A stretch of DNA of 64,000 nt, from contig JAUWGH010000007.1 in assembly GCA_030606485.1 (NCBI GenBank), positions 67,320-131,319 of the forward strand, read 5' to 3'. The notes below the pieces were generated by a model. It was not told the origin of the DNA. It ran no database searches and was given only the letters and a program-made list of their open reading frames with translations. Position numbers and translations under genes: made by a program. The DNA comes from Promethearchaeota archaeon. GTDB taxonomy: Archaea > Asgardarchaeota > Lokiarchaeia > Sigyniarchaeales > SOKP01. Numbering within the stretch: position 1 is the stretch's first letter; the number at the start of each line of letters is the position of its first letter. Of this stretch, positions 51,197 through 60,126 are shown one piece after another.

Positions 51197-51631
51197 ATGA
51201 GTGAAAAAGGTTATGAATTTCTCGACCATATCTCAGACGTCCAAGCTAGATGCTGGGGTTTAAATCTTAAAGAAGCGTTTTCACAAGCAGCACTAAGTTT
51301 GTTTGATACGATTACAGACATCAGAAAAATTGATAAGAAAATCTCAAAATCGATTCAAATTGCAGCAGAGGATAAAGAATCCCTACTATTTGATTTCTTA
51401 AGTGAATTTTTATATATTTTTGATACTAAAAATCTGATTTTTTCTGAGATTAAAGTGAATAATATTGATGAAAGTCAAGATGGATATATGCTAAATGCCC
51501 AAGTAATAGGAGATTTTTTCGATTCGGAAAAGCATTCAGGTGGAATAGAAGTAAAAGCAATCACTTATTCATATATGAAAATTGAAGAAAAAAAAAATAA
51601 AGTAATAATTGAAGTAATTTTTGATATCTAA
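51197..51631 (+). CDS. Archease (RtcB cofactor)
   Basis: 144 aa. Contains YEFLDHISDVQARCWG, the archease N-terminal signature with the metal-binding Asp, and the C-terminal GGIEVKAITYSYMKIE. It is convergent with rtcB and overlaps its 3' end by 4 nt. Confidence 0.85.
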   Translation: MSEKGYEFLDHISDVQARCWGLNLKEAFSQAALSLFDTITDIRKIDKKISKSIQIAAEDKESLLFDFLSEFLYIFDTKNLIFSEIKVNNIDESQDGYMLNAQVIGDFFDSEKHSGGIEVKAITYSYMKIEEKKNKVIIEVIFDI

Positions 51632-53100
51632 CCTTTAACTACGCCTTTAGGAATTAATCGCACAATCTTTTTGACTATTCCAAGATCATGGCTAACTTGA
51701 ACAACCTGATCGATATTCTTATAAGCTCCGGGTGCTTCTTCTGCTAAAACTTTCATTGAAGCTGCTTCAACTGTAATTCCATGCCTAGCCAGATCATCCT
51801 TGATTTTTCCGCCCCAGAATTTTTTCTTCGCTTTTGTTCTAGATAATTTCCGACCAGCTCCATGTGCAGTTGATCCAAAAGATAATTCCATAGCCTTTGG
51901 TCCTCCAACACATAAATAACTTGCTGAACCCATAGTGCCTGGTATCAAAACTGGTTGCCCAACTGCTTTATATTTTTCGGGAATTTGGGGATGACCGGGA
52001 GGAAAGGCTCTTGTTGCACCTTTTCGGTGAATATTAAGTTTCATCCTTTTTCCATCCACCATATGTTCTTCAATTTTTAAAATATTATGACAAACATCGT
52101 ATACTAGATTTAAGCCAAGTTCTATTGAGTCTTTTTTTAAAATTTCCTTAAACGATTCCCTAACCCAATGTGTAATTAATTGACGATTATTCCACGCAAA
52201 ATTGGCAGCACAAGCCATCGCACTTAAATAATCTTTTGCTTCTGGTGTGTCTGCCTTAAGATAAGCAAGCTCCCTATCAGGAACTACAATTCCATATTTC
52301 TGCATAGCCTTATCAAATATTCTTAAATAATCTGTTGCAATTTGATGCCCCATTGCTCTAGAACCAGTATGCACCATCACTGTGACTTGCCCTTTTTCTT
52401 CTATGCCTAAAGTTTTTGCTATAGATTCATCATAGATTTCATTTACTTCCTGAATTTCTATAAAATGATTTCCAGATCCCAATGAGCCGATTTGGCGGAT
52501 TCCTCTCTCCTTAGCTCTTCTTGAAACCTTGCTAGAATCGGCTCCCTTCATACATCCATTTTCTTCACAAAATTTTTCATCCTCTGGATATCCATATCCA
52601 TTTTCTATCGCCCAGTTCACACCATTTTCTAAAGCTTTATCCAGATCATTATAATTGATATTTAACTTACCTTTAGAACCCAATCCACTCGGAACATTTT
52701 TGAAAAGGGATTTAACCAAACGTGATAATGCATGTTTTATTTCCTCCCCTTTTAGACCTGTGCGGAGGAGTCTGACCCCGCAATTAATGTCATACCCAAC
52801 GCCACCAGGTGAAACCGCCCCCGTTTCTGCGTCTGTTCCAGCAACACCACCGATACAGAAGCCATAACCTTGATGTGCATCACTTAGAGCAATAACATGT
52901 TTTACTATTCCATCTAAACAGGCGACATTAGTTATTTGATCAAGAGTTTTATCTCTTCTTATACTTTCCATTAAAAAATCATTTGCATAAACTATCGCTG
53001 GCACTTTCATTTGAAATTTCTTTGTCTCTCCATAAATTCTCTGAAATTTTGTTTGCGGAGATATTTCCCATATATTCTCTGAAATTTTTTTTATGTCCAT
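51628..53100 (-). CDS. rtcB: RNA 3'-phosphate ligase RtcB (tRNA-splicing ligase)
   Basis: 490 aa. Conserved blocks include LSDAHQGYGFCIGGVAG, GGVGYDINCGVR, GSGNHFIEIQ, HTGSRAMGHQ and STAHGAGR. No intein. Confidence 0.97.
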   Translation of the reverse strand: MDIKKISENIWEISPQTKFQRIYGETKKFQMKVPAIVYANDFLMESIRRDKTLDQITNVACLDGIVKHVIALSDAHQGYGFCIGGVAGTDAETGAVSPGGVGYDINCGVRLLRTGLKGEEIKHALSRLVKSLFKNVPSGLGSKGKLNINYNDLDKALENGVNWAIENGYGYPEDEKFCEENGCMKGADSSKVSRRAKERGIRQIGSLGSGNHFIEIQEVNEIYDESIAKTLGIEEKGQVTVMVHTGSRAMGHQIATDYLRIFDKAMQKYGIVVPDRELAYLKADTPEAKDYLSAMACAANFAWNNRQLITHWVRESFKEILKKDSIELGLNLVYDVCHNILKIEEHMVDGKRMKLNIHRKGATRAFPPGHPQIPEKYKAVGQPVLIPGTMGSASYLCVGGPKAMELSFGSTAHGAGRKLSRTKAKKKFWGGKIKDDLARHGITVEAASMKVLAEEAPGAYKNIDQVVQVSHDLGIVKKIVRLIPKGVVKG

Positions 53101-53277
53101 AATAAGTTTATAAGATTAAAAAACATAAAAAAATTCTTTTTAAAATTTTTTTAAATACAATTATAAATACAATTTTTTACTAATTATTTAAAACTAAATG
53201 AAGTTATTTTCTAATTTATAGGTGCATCTAACATAATTCATAGTTTCTATTTAATCCATCAACTTACAGGAATTTGC

Positions 53278-53970
53278 ATGATTTATAGAAAATATGGAGT
53301 GATTGAATTAAATCAAGATCTAGTTTCGGGATTTCTAACTGCCCTAAAGGACTTCGCGAGCGAAATAAGCAAAGGTAAAGGCCAACTCAAGATTGTAGAT
53401 ATGCGACTCTTCAATTTAATCCTTGTTTTTAAAGCGGGCGTTTTAGTGGTGGTTGCAGCTGATAAAAACGATTCTAGAGAAATCGCCCAAGCGAGACTTG
53501 GAGACATAGTGGATGTTTTTATGGAAAAATATTCTGAATACATTGGTGAAGATAATTGGACAGGAGATATTCGTATATTTCAAGGATTTGAAACAATTAT
53601 TGATAGGATTCTCGAATATGGGAAAGCATCGGAAGTACCTATAAGGATACCTATCTTGAAAATCTATAAAAAGGACTTTGAGAAGTCACAAAAAAAGATA
53701 GCCAAAAAAGGGTTGATTCTTGAAGAAATAGATTTTAGATCAAATATTGAAGAAACTCAAAAACCTGAATGGACCTTAAAGAGATTACCTAAACAAGTTG
53801 TAAGTCAAGGAATGCTTTCAGAACAGGAATATGAGATTTCCCATCTTTGTGACGGATTTCATACTTTAGAAAAAATTGCAGAAGAAGTGGGTATTCCAGA
53901 AAGCAATATAGGAATAATTATTGATGAATTAGATGAGCTTGGATTGCTTGAATTTATAACAATTCAGTAA
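53278..53970 (+). CDS. Longin/roadblock-like N-terminal domain protein with C-terminal winged-helix (HTH) domain
   Basis: 230 aa. The N-terminal pattern is YRKYGVIELNQDLVSGFLTALKDFASEI...LKIVDMRLFNLILVFKAGVLVVVAADKN. The C-terminal wH-like block is EISHLCDGFHTLEKIAEEVGIPESNIGIIIDELDELGLLEF. The frame stays open upstream to 53215 (..IHSFYLIHQLTGIC-M), so the true start may be non-ATG and earlier. Confidence 0.5.
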   Translation: MIYRKYGVIELNQDLVSGFLTALKDFASEISKGKGQLKIVDMRLFNLILVFKAGVLVVVAADKNDSREIAQARLGDIVDVFMEKYSEYIGEDNWTGDIRIFQGFETIIDRILEYGKASEVPIRIPILKIYKKDFEKSQKKIAKKGLILEEIDFRSNIEETQKPEWTLKRLPKQVVSQGMLSEQEYEISHLCDGFHTLEKIAEEVGIPESNIGIIIDELDELGLLEFITIQ

Positions 53971-54078
53971 TTATTAATAGATTTTCAAATTTTAAAATAG
54001 ATCTATTTTTATCCTAAAATTTTTAAACTTCATTCTTCTTAAATTATTTAAAACTTATATTAAGAAGAGATTATAAAA

Positions 54079-54396
54079 ATGACATATATGATTTTCATCT
54101 CAACCGTGCCTAATCTTGAAGAAGGAAAGAAAATTGCACGTCTTCTAGTAGAACAAAAAATTATTGCATGCTGTAATATCATTCCTAATGTGATTTCAAT
54201 ATATGAATGGGAGGAAAAAATTGAGGAAGACAATGAACTTTTATTAATCATTAAAACCAAAAAAGAAAACAGTAAAAAATTAATTGAGATTATAAATAGC
54301 ATACATAGCTATGAAGTTTCTGAATGTATAGGTTTTGATATTACAGAAGGATCAAAGAAATATTTAGATTGGATGGATAAAATAATAAAGATTTAA
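54079..54396 (+). CDS. cutA: Divalent-cation tolerance protein CutA
   Basis: 105 aa. VEQKIIACCNIIPNVISIYEWEEKIEEDNELLLIIKT and SIHSYEVSE are classic CutA1 blocks. Confidence 0.85.
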   Translation: MTYMIFISTVPNLEEGKKIARLLVEQKIIACCNIIPNVISIYEWEEKIEEDNELLLIIKTKKENSKKLIEIINSIHSYEVSECIGFDITEGSKKYLDWMDKIIKI

Positions 54397-54404
54397 TATA
54401 TCTT

Positions 54405-55244
54405 ATGCAAGTTCCTTGGATTTTTCAAATTGATTGGATTTTTTGGGATACGATTATTATTTTCTTATTAATTATTTTCCTAATCTCAGTTAAAATTTTT
54501 AAGAATACACATCGTTGGAGAAATTTTTTATCGAATCCTTTAATTATGGAAAATAAAACCAAGAATTTTGAAATTCAATGTGGGGAAAAAGAAATTTTTA
54601 GAATTTCCTTCACATTGTTCGAATCTAAAATCAACGATATCGCTGAAAATAATAACAACAAGACTTCAAATCTTCTGATCATTTTCAAAAAGAGGAGATA
54701 TAATACATATCCATATGCAGAAGCTCTTGCTTCAATCGATCTTAAGGTTGTTTTTATAGATTTCAAAAAAGTTAGGAAAGTTGAAGGTAAAAAACTAGTT
54801 AAGATAAAAATTAGTGGAGGATTAATTGATAAAATTTCAAAAGCGATTTATATTCATTTTATTGATATAGGAGATGGTCCCGAGTACCAAAAAATTGTCT
54901 TTCTCTTTCCTAATCTTACTATTCAATTTTTAAAAATCTCTACACTAACAAATTTTTTTGACAAATTTTTTCTAATATTAAGTAATTTTTCAGAAAATTA
55001 TGAGATTTTAAAGAACTTTTTAAATCAAGACATAATTGACATAAAGAAACTTTATTTTATTATCCCATTAAAGAGATTATTAAAACTTGATGAAGATCAA
55101 TTGAATAAAATCAATAGATTAAAAGATAATTATAAAATACATGAAAAAAATATATTAATTCTTGAAAAATCTTTTAAATCGTTAAAGAATTTTGAAACAA
55201 TTATTATTGGCTTTATTTTAAATAATATTTTTAATAAAAAATAA
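54405..55244 (+). CDS. Hypothetical protein with N-terminal transmembrane anchor
   Basis: 279 aa with a single N-terminal TM (IFWDTIIIFLLIIFLISV). The remainder is not recognised. Confidence 0.45.
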   Translation: MQVPWIFQIDWIFWDTIIIFLLIIFLISVKIFKNTHRWRNFLSNPLIMENKTKNFEIQCGEKEIFRISFTLFESKINDIAENNNNKTSNLLIIFKKRRYNTYPYAEALASIDLKVVFIDFKKVRKVEGKKLVKIKISGGLIDKISKAIYIHFIDIGDGPEYQKIVFLFPNLTIQFLKISTLTNFFDKFFLILSNFSENYEILKNFLNQDIIDIKKLYFIIPLKRLLKLDEDQLNKINRLKDNYKIHEKNILILEKSFKSLKNFETIIIGFILNNIFNKK

Positions 55245-55268
55245 TAAATATTAACTGAAAAGCGTTCA

Positions 55269-55976
55269 ATGACAAGAGATAAAATTTCCATAGAATATTC
55301 AAATAAGGTTATTTATGATAAAAACCACTGGGGTATATTAGCTCATAAACGAGATAGAGCAAAAAAGATTTTACATATGTTTTATAAAGAAGGTTTAAAC
55401 CCTTTAGTGTTTGGGAGTTTAGCACGAGGAGATGTGAAAAAGAGTAGTGATATTGATATAATTTTTCCCGATAAAATTCCTACATACAAATTAGAGGTTA
55501 TTATTGATAAGAATGGAGAATATCTTTTTGCAAAGGATATAATTCAGGCAACTCCGGGAGATACAATTAAGGCAAATATTTACTTATCCGAGCAAGAATG
55601 TTTAACAGTTCCTTTAACGAAGTTTATGAAAAAGTCTTTTCAATTCTATCAATTTGGCGGTTGTCTTGATTTAGATAAGCTTTCAAAAAATGAAAGGGTT
55701 CCAGGCACAGATAAAAATTTAATATTAAAGATACCAACTAAATACGGTCATAATGAGCTTGAACTTAAAAATAATGAATTATATGCTTCGAAATTGTTGA
55801 ATATTGATCTAGAATTTATACTTCAAAGAATACGCGTTTTAACTAGAAGGGATAAAGTTGGCAGAACTGGAGTTTTCCTGCATAAAAATCTAAATTTAGA
55901 GGATAATTTTGAAAAAGTGTTAAAGGATATTAGTGATCGAAATTCTTTTGTGAGAAGGATACTTATGAAGGGCTGA
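55269..55976 (+). CDS. Pol-beta-superfamily nucleotidyltransferase-domain protein
   Basis: 235 aa. The minimal NTase motif is VFGSLARGDVKKSSDIDIIF (GS...D.D). Confidence 0.65.
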   Translation: MTRDKISIEYSNKVIYDKNHWGILAHKRDRAKKILHMFYKEGLNPLVFGSLARGDVKKSSDIDIIFPDKIPTYKLEVIIDKNGEYLFAKDIIQATPGDTIKANIYLSEQECLTVPLTKFMKKSFQFYQFGGCLDLDKLSKNERVPGTDKNLILKIPTKYGHNELELKNNELYASKLLNIDLEFILQRIRVLTRRDKVGRTGVFLHKNLNLEDNFEKVLKDISDRNSFVRRILMKG

Positions 55977-55988
55977 GGTTAAATAAGA

Positions 55989-57119
55989 TTGACACGAGCA
56001 GAATTATTAAAAACTAAAGGTGAATCTTATTCTATTCGTGGGATTCCTAAAGGATGTAAATATTGTATAAAGGGACAAAAAGTCGTTCTATTCCTTAATG
56101 GAATTTGTCAGAAACCTGATCATTGTTCTTGGTATTGTCCTATCTCAAAAGAAAGGAAAAATAAAGAAATAACATACGCTGATGAAATTCAGGTTAAAGA
56201 TTATAAAGAAATATTAAAAGAAATTAGTCTTGTAAAAGCCAAGGGTGTTTCAATAACTGGTGGAGAACCTCTTGCCCCTAATAATACAAATAAGACCTTG
56301 GATTACATAATTTTTTTAAAAAAAGAAATGGGATCTGATTTTCATATACATCTATATACGAATGGAGTTAATTTTAATGAACAATTAGCGCAAAAATTAT
56401 CCTTGGCAGGATTAGATGAGATAAGATTTCATCCTTCTAAGGAGAATTGGATTAAAATTAAATATGCGTTAAATAAAAGTATGTCTGTGGGTGCAGAAGT
56501 TCCGGTAATTCCTGATAAAAAGAATTTGAAAACTCTAAAAGAATTTATCTTTTATTTAGATAAAATTAATTGTGATTTTATCAATTTAGATGAATTTGAA
56601 ATGTGTTTTCCAAATAGTGAATCTCTTAAATCTAAAGGATTTTTATTGAAAGAAGGAACAATTGCATCTGTTAAAAACAGCGAAGAATCAGCTCTCAAAC
56701 TAATTAAAAGTGTAGCAAAAAAAACAAAGTTAAATCTTCACTATTGTCCCATTATTTTAAAGGATCATTATCAATTAAAAAATCGATATAAACGAAGAGC
56801 AAGAAGTATTAAGGCGCCCTATGAAGTAGTTAATAATGCAGGTCTTCTTATTTATGCACAAATTGAAGGTACAGCCGTATCTCTGAGGAAGTTTCGCGAT
56901 AATGTCATATCAAAATTAAACTTACCTAAGGGTTTCTATTCTTTTAAAGAATTTAAAATTAATTTACCATGGTATATTCCAGTTTACCAAAAATTTGTTG
57001 AAGAATTAAAAAAATACGAATTAGAGTGCTATATTATTGAAGGAATACCATTTCGCGATAAATATTTTCAAATAACTGAGAAAACACCAATAAACTTAAT
57101 TAATATTATTAAAGAATGA
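55989..57119 (+). CDS. Radical-SAM-like Fe-S protein with a non-canonical cysteine motif (COG2108-like, PFL-activase-related)
   Basis: 376 aa. Has CKYC, then CQKPDHCSWYCP (Cx6Cx3C) instead of CxxxCxxC, followed by the radical-SAM-like blocks VSITGGEPL, IHLYTNG and EIRFHP. TTG start. Confidence 0.5.
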   Translation: MTRAELLKTKGESYSIRGIPKGCKYCIKGQKVVLFLNGICQKPDHCSWYCPISKERKNKEITYADEIQVKDYKEILKEISLVKAKGVSITGGEPLAPNNTNKTLDYIIFLKKEMGSDFHIHLYTNGVNFNEQLAQKLSLAGLDEIRFHPSKENWIKIKYALNKSMSVGAEVPVIPDKKNLKTLKEFIFYLDKINCDFINLDEFEMCFPNSESLKSKGFLLKEGTIASVKNSEESALKLIKSVAKKTKLNLHYCPIILKDHYQLKNRYKRRARSIKAPYEVVNNAGLLIYAQIEGTAVSLRKFRDNVISKLNLPKGFYSFKEFKINLPWYIPVYQKFVEELKKYELECYIIEGIPFRDKYFQITEKTPINLINIIKE

Positions 57120-57601
57120 TATATTTATTAGTAAAGTTACTCATGAAATTGCCATTATCAATGATTATAAAAGATGTTACAAATAAAGATATAGAGGAGA
57201 TCTCTTCTTTAGAAGAAAAAATATTCGGAATAGATGCTTTTTCTACGGATCTTCTAAAAAAAATACTTAAAAATAAATTATTGTTCATAAAATTAGTAGA
57301 TGAAACTGAAAAAATCCTTGGATTTTCTATTTCAATTGAGGGTGTAAAAAATAGGGCAAATATTATAAATCTTTTAATAAGAGAAGAGTACCAACATCAA
57401 GGATTAGGCTCCTTTCTATTAAAAAGGACATTAAAAGAAATAAAAAATAAAAATAAATTTAAATCAATTATTCTAAATGTAAAAACTGACAATGATATCG
57501 CAATTCATTTATATCAAAAGTATGGTTTTAAAGTAATCAAAATAATTGAGAACTATTATGAATCTGGAGCCTCAGCAAATTTGATGAAACTCAAGTTGTA
57601 G
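57116..57601 (+). CDS. GNAT N-acetyltransferase (RimI-like)
   Basis: 161 aa, with acetyl-CoA motif QHQGLGSFLLKRTL and NVKTDNDIAIHLYQKYGF. Overlaps the upstream stop by 4 nt. Confidence 0.75.
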   Translation: MIYLLVKLLMKLPLSMIIKDVTNKDIEEISSLEEKIFGIDAFSTDLLKKILKNKLLFIKLVDETEKILGFSISIEGVKNRANIINLLIREEYQHQGLGSFLLKRTLKEIKNKNKFKSIILNVKTDNDIAIHLYQKYGFKVIKIIENYYESGASANLMKLKL

Positions 57602-57686
57602 TTGATTTAAAAATACCTAGATAATTATAAATATACCGATTTTGTATTATCATAATATATAAAAAATAGATATAGGGATAAGGAAA

Positions 57687-57839
57687 ATGCCACAACTTGA
57701 TGATGAGTTAAAGAAAGCTATTAAAGATGGTAAAACTTTAAGTCCTGTTGACCAAACAGAAGTAGACAGAATAAAAGCCGAACGTGAAAAAAGAAAGGAA
57801 GAATTGGAAAAAGTAAAAGAGGCTTTAGAAAAGCAATAA
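57687..57839 (+). CDS. Possible small helical protein (50 aa), below the ORF-track length cut-off
   Basis: My translation: MPQLDDELKKAIKDGKTLSPVDQTEVDRIKAEREKRKEELEKVKEALEKQ*. The purine-rich GGGATAAGGAAA lies just upstream of the ATG, and the composition is non-random and charged, unlike the surrounding AT-rich spacer. Confidence 0.3.
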   Translation: MPQLDDELKKAIKDGKTLSPVDQTEVDRIKAEREKRKEELEKVKEALEKQ

Positions 57840-57927
57840 TTATTTTTTCCTTACTTTTTTTTTAAAATATTCACTATATTTATTCCTAGATGAATAAATT
57901 AAACCTTTATGAGCTTGAGAAATTCTT

Positions 57928-58995
57928 TTGAAAATTAAGTATTTCGACGATAAGAAAGGAGAATTAAAAGTTCTAATAGAATGTTTAAATGATCTTTGGG
58001 TCTTATTTAATGTAATTTACAAGGATGATAAAGCTATATCGAGAACTACAAGACGTATTGTCTTTAGGGAAGGTGATTCTGGAGATCGCAAACCTATGAT
58101 CTTAACCCTTGAAGTAAAAGATGTAGCATTTCATGAATATTCAAATCGTCTGAGGATTAAAGGAATTATTTTATCTGGACCTGAAGATTTAATTTCTTTT
58201 GGCTCTTATCACACTTTCAATGTTTCTGTTGGCTCCATAATCACTATTATTAAAAAGAAATGGATGAAACAGGATTTAAGTCGAATAGAAAAAAGTTCAA
58301 AGGTTCAAAGTTTTCGAATCCTTGTTATCGCAATTGAATCAGGATTAGCAACGGTTGCAATTATTTCGGATTATAGTCAAAAAATAATAACCAGCATTAG
58401 GCATAATATCCCCGGAAAAAGATATGAAAAAACACAAAGAAATAAAGAAATTGGGGATTTTTTTGGAAAAATTGACACAATTATTGCAGATAATTTAGAG
58501 CGGATTGATATAAACTTAATTATTATTACTGGTTCTGGAGGCTTTAAAGAAAAATATGCAGATATATTAAAAAAAAGTCGTCCAAATTTGGCTCAAAAAA
58601 TTAAAATCATTAATTCTAGTTCCGCAACCTCCAGCGCAATAAAAGAAGTTATAAAATCAAAAAAATTAGAAAAAATTAAAAAAACTTCACGGATAGTTTA
58701 TGAAACTAATCTAATGGAAAAATTTATCGAACAATTAGGGAAAGATACTAGATTGGTATCCTATGGTTGGGATCAGATAAAAAATGCAGCGAAAATGGGG
58801 GCGATTGATACACTACTAATTTCTGACAAATTATTAAGAGGCCTTTCATTTGATAAACGATCAGAACTTGAAGATACATTAAATATAATTGAAAAAAAAA
58901 ACGGGAAAATAGAAATTTTTAGTAGTGAGCATTCTGCTGGAGAACAATTAATCAGTTTCGGAAGTATTGCTGCTATATTAAGATATAAGATTTAA
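57928..58995 (+). CDS. pelA: mRNA surveillance protein Pelota (Dom34 homolog)
   Basis: 355 aa. The N-terminal Sm-like domain is GELKVLIECLNDLWVLFNVI, and the central and C-terminal eRF1-like domains include GAIDTLLISDKL. TTG start. Confidence 0.9.
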   Translation: MKIKYFDDKKGELKVLIECLNDLWVLFNVIYKDDKAISRTTRRIVFREGDSGDRKPMILTLEVKDVAFHEYSNRLRIKGIILSGPEDLISFGSYHTFNVSVGSIITIIKKKWMKQDLSRIEKSSKVQSFRILVIAIESGLATVAIISDYSQKIITSIRHNIPGKRYEKTQRNKEIGDFFGKIDTIIADNLERIDINLIIITGSGGFKEKYADILKKSRPNLAQKIKIINSSSATSSAIKEVIKSKKLEKIKKTSRIVYETNLMEKFIEQLGKDTRLVSYGWDQIKNAAKMGAIDTLLISDKLLRGLSFDKRSELEDTLNIIEKKNGKIEIFSSEHSAGEQLISFGSIAAILRYKI

Positions 58996-59023
58996 ATTCA
59001 GTTTAGAAATAAAATTATTTATT

Positions 59024-60052
59024 ATGCCTTCTGAGATAATTTATGTAGATAGGAACTCTGAAATTCCCCTATATGGTTTAGATTTTATTGGAATAATAGA
59101 TCGTGGGACAAATATTTTAGAAATCAAACCTCTAACTCAGTGTAATCTAATCTGCAAATATTGTTTTGTAAGTGCTGGAGATTATATCACTAATTTTATA
59201 GTCGATGTTAATTATTTAATTGAAAATATTGTCCCTCTAATCGAAATCAAGGGAAAACACGATATAGAAATACATATCGCCCCATACGGAGAAATTTTAC
59301 TATATAAGGATTTAATTAAGCTAATTAAAAAATTAAAATTAATAGATGGAATATACAAAATTTCTATGCAAACTAATGGACTATTACTGAGTAAAGAAAG
59401 TATCATTGAGCTTGAAAAAGCTGGATTATCTCAAATTAATATCAGTCTAAATACACTTGATCAAGATAAAGCAGAATATTTAAGTGATTATAAAGGATAT
59501 CAACTCCAACACCTTTTGGCCATGATTGATTTTCTTATGGAATCCAAAATTGATCTTGTTATTGCCCCCGTTTGGATTCCTAAGGTAAATGATCAAGATA
59601 TCGAAGAATTAATTCGGTTTGTAAAGAATTACCAGGATAAAGTAGATACTCCAAATAAAATTCGAATTGGCATTCAAAAATACTTAATTTATAAAACTGG
59701 AAGGAGAATAAAAAAAATTAGACCTAAAAGTTGGGGGTTTTTTTATAAACAGTTGAATACTTTAGAAAAGAAGTATAACATGAAATTAAAATTAGGACCT
59801 AGAGATTTTGGAATTCATAAACGAAAAAGCTTATCTCTTTCAATTCAGAAGGGAAATTTTGTTAAAAGCCAAATAATTTCTATAGGTAGATGGGATTCTG
59901 AATGCATTGCAAAAATCGATGATGATTGGGGTATTAAAATTCTACTAAATAAAACCCAAAAAAATATTCCACTAATTGGAAAGAAAATTAATGTAAAGAT
60001 CATTAAATCAAAACAAAAAGAAAATTTACTAACGGGAATTATTGAAAATTAG
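59024..60052 (+). CDS. Radical SAM protein (COG2100-like; specificity unknown)
   Basis: 342 aa. It has the canonical CNLICKYC (CxxxCxxC), followed by MQTNGLLL and INISLNTLD blocks. The C-terminal ~80 aa look like a small beta-barrel (TRAM/PUA-like). Confidence 0.8.
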   Translation: MPSEIIYVDRNSEIPLYGLDFIGIIDRGTNILEIKPLTQCNLICKYCFVSAGDYITNFIVDVNYLIENIVPLIEIKGKHDIEIHIAPYGEILLYKDLIKLIKKLKLIDGIYKISMQTNGLLLSKESIIELEKAGLSQINISLNTLDQDKAEYLSDYKGYQLQHLLAMIDFLMESKIDLVIAPVWIPKVNDQDIEELIRFVKNYQDKVDTPNKIRIGIQKYLIYKTGRRIKKIRPKSWGFFYKQLNTLEKKYNMKLKLGPRDFGIHKRKSLSLSIQKGNFVKSQIISIGRWDSECIAKIDDDWGIKILLNKTQKNIPLIGKKINVKIIKSKQKENLLTGIIEN

Positions 60053-60126
60053 CCTAATATTAGTAAATTTTTAAAAAATATTATAAACATATATAAAATA
60101 AAATAATAAAAAAAAGGTAAATCAAA

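Noticed and set aside
11181-53100. Inteins in Cdc6, PolD DP2, RpoB, NrdD, PAN and RtcB
   Set aside because: All have lengths typical of intein-free homologs, and the conserved blocks are contiguous with no Cys/Ser…His-Asn insertion.
55989-57601. Idea that the radical-SAM-like ORF plus the overlapping GNAT ORF are a split Elp3
   Set aside because: The combined length (~537 aa) is similar to Elp3. However, the cysteine motif (Cx6Cx3C) and the surrounding sequence do not resemble the Elp3 radical-SAM domain as I remember it, and the GNAT looks RimI-like.
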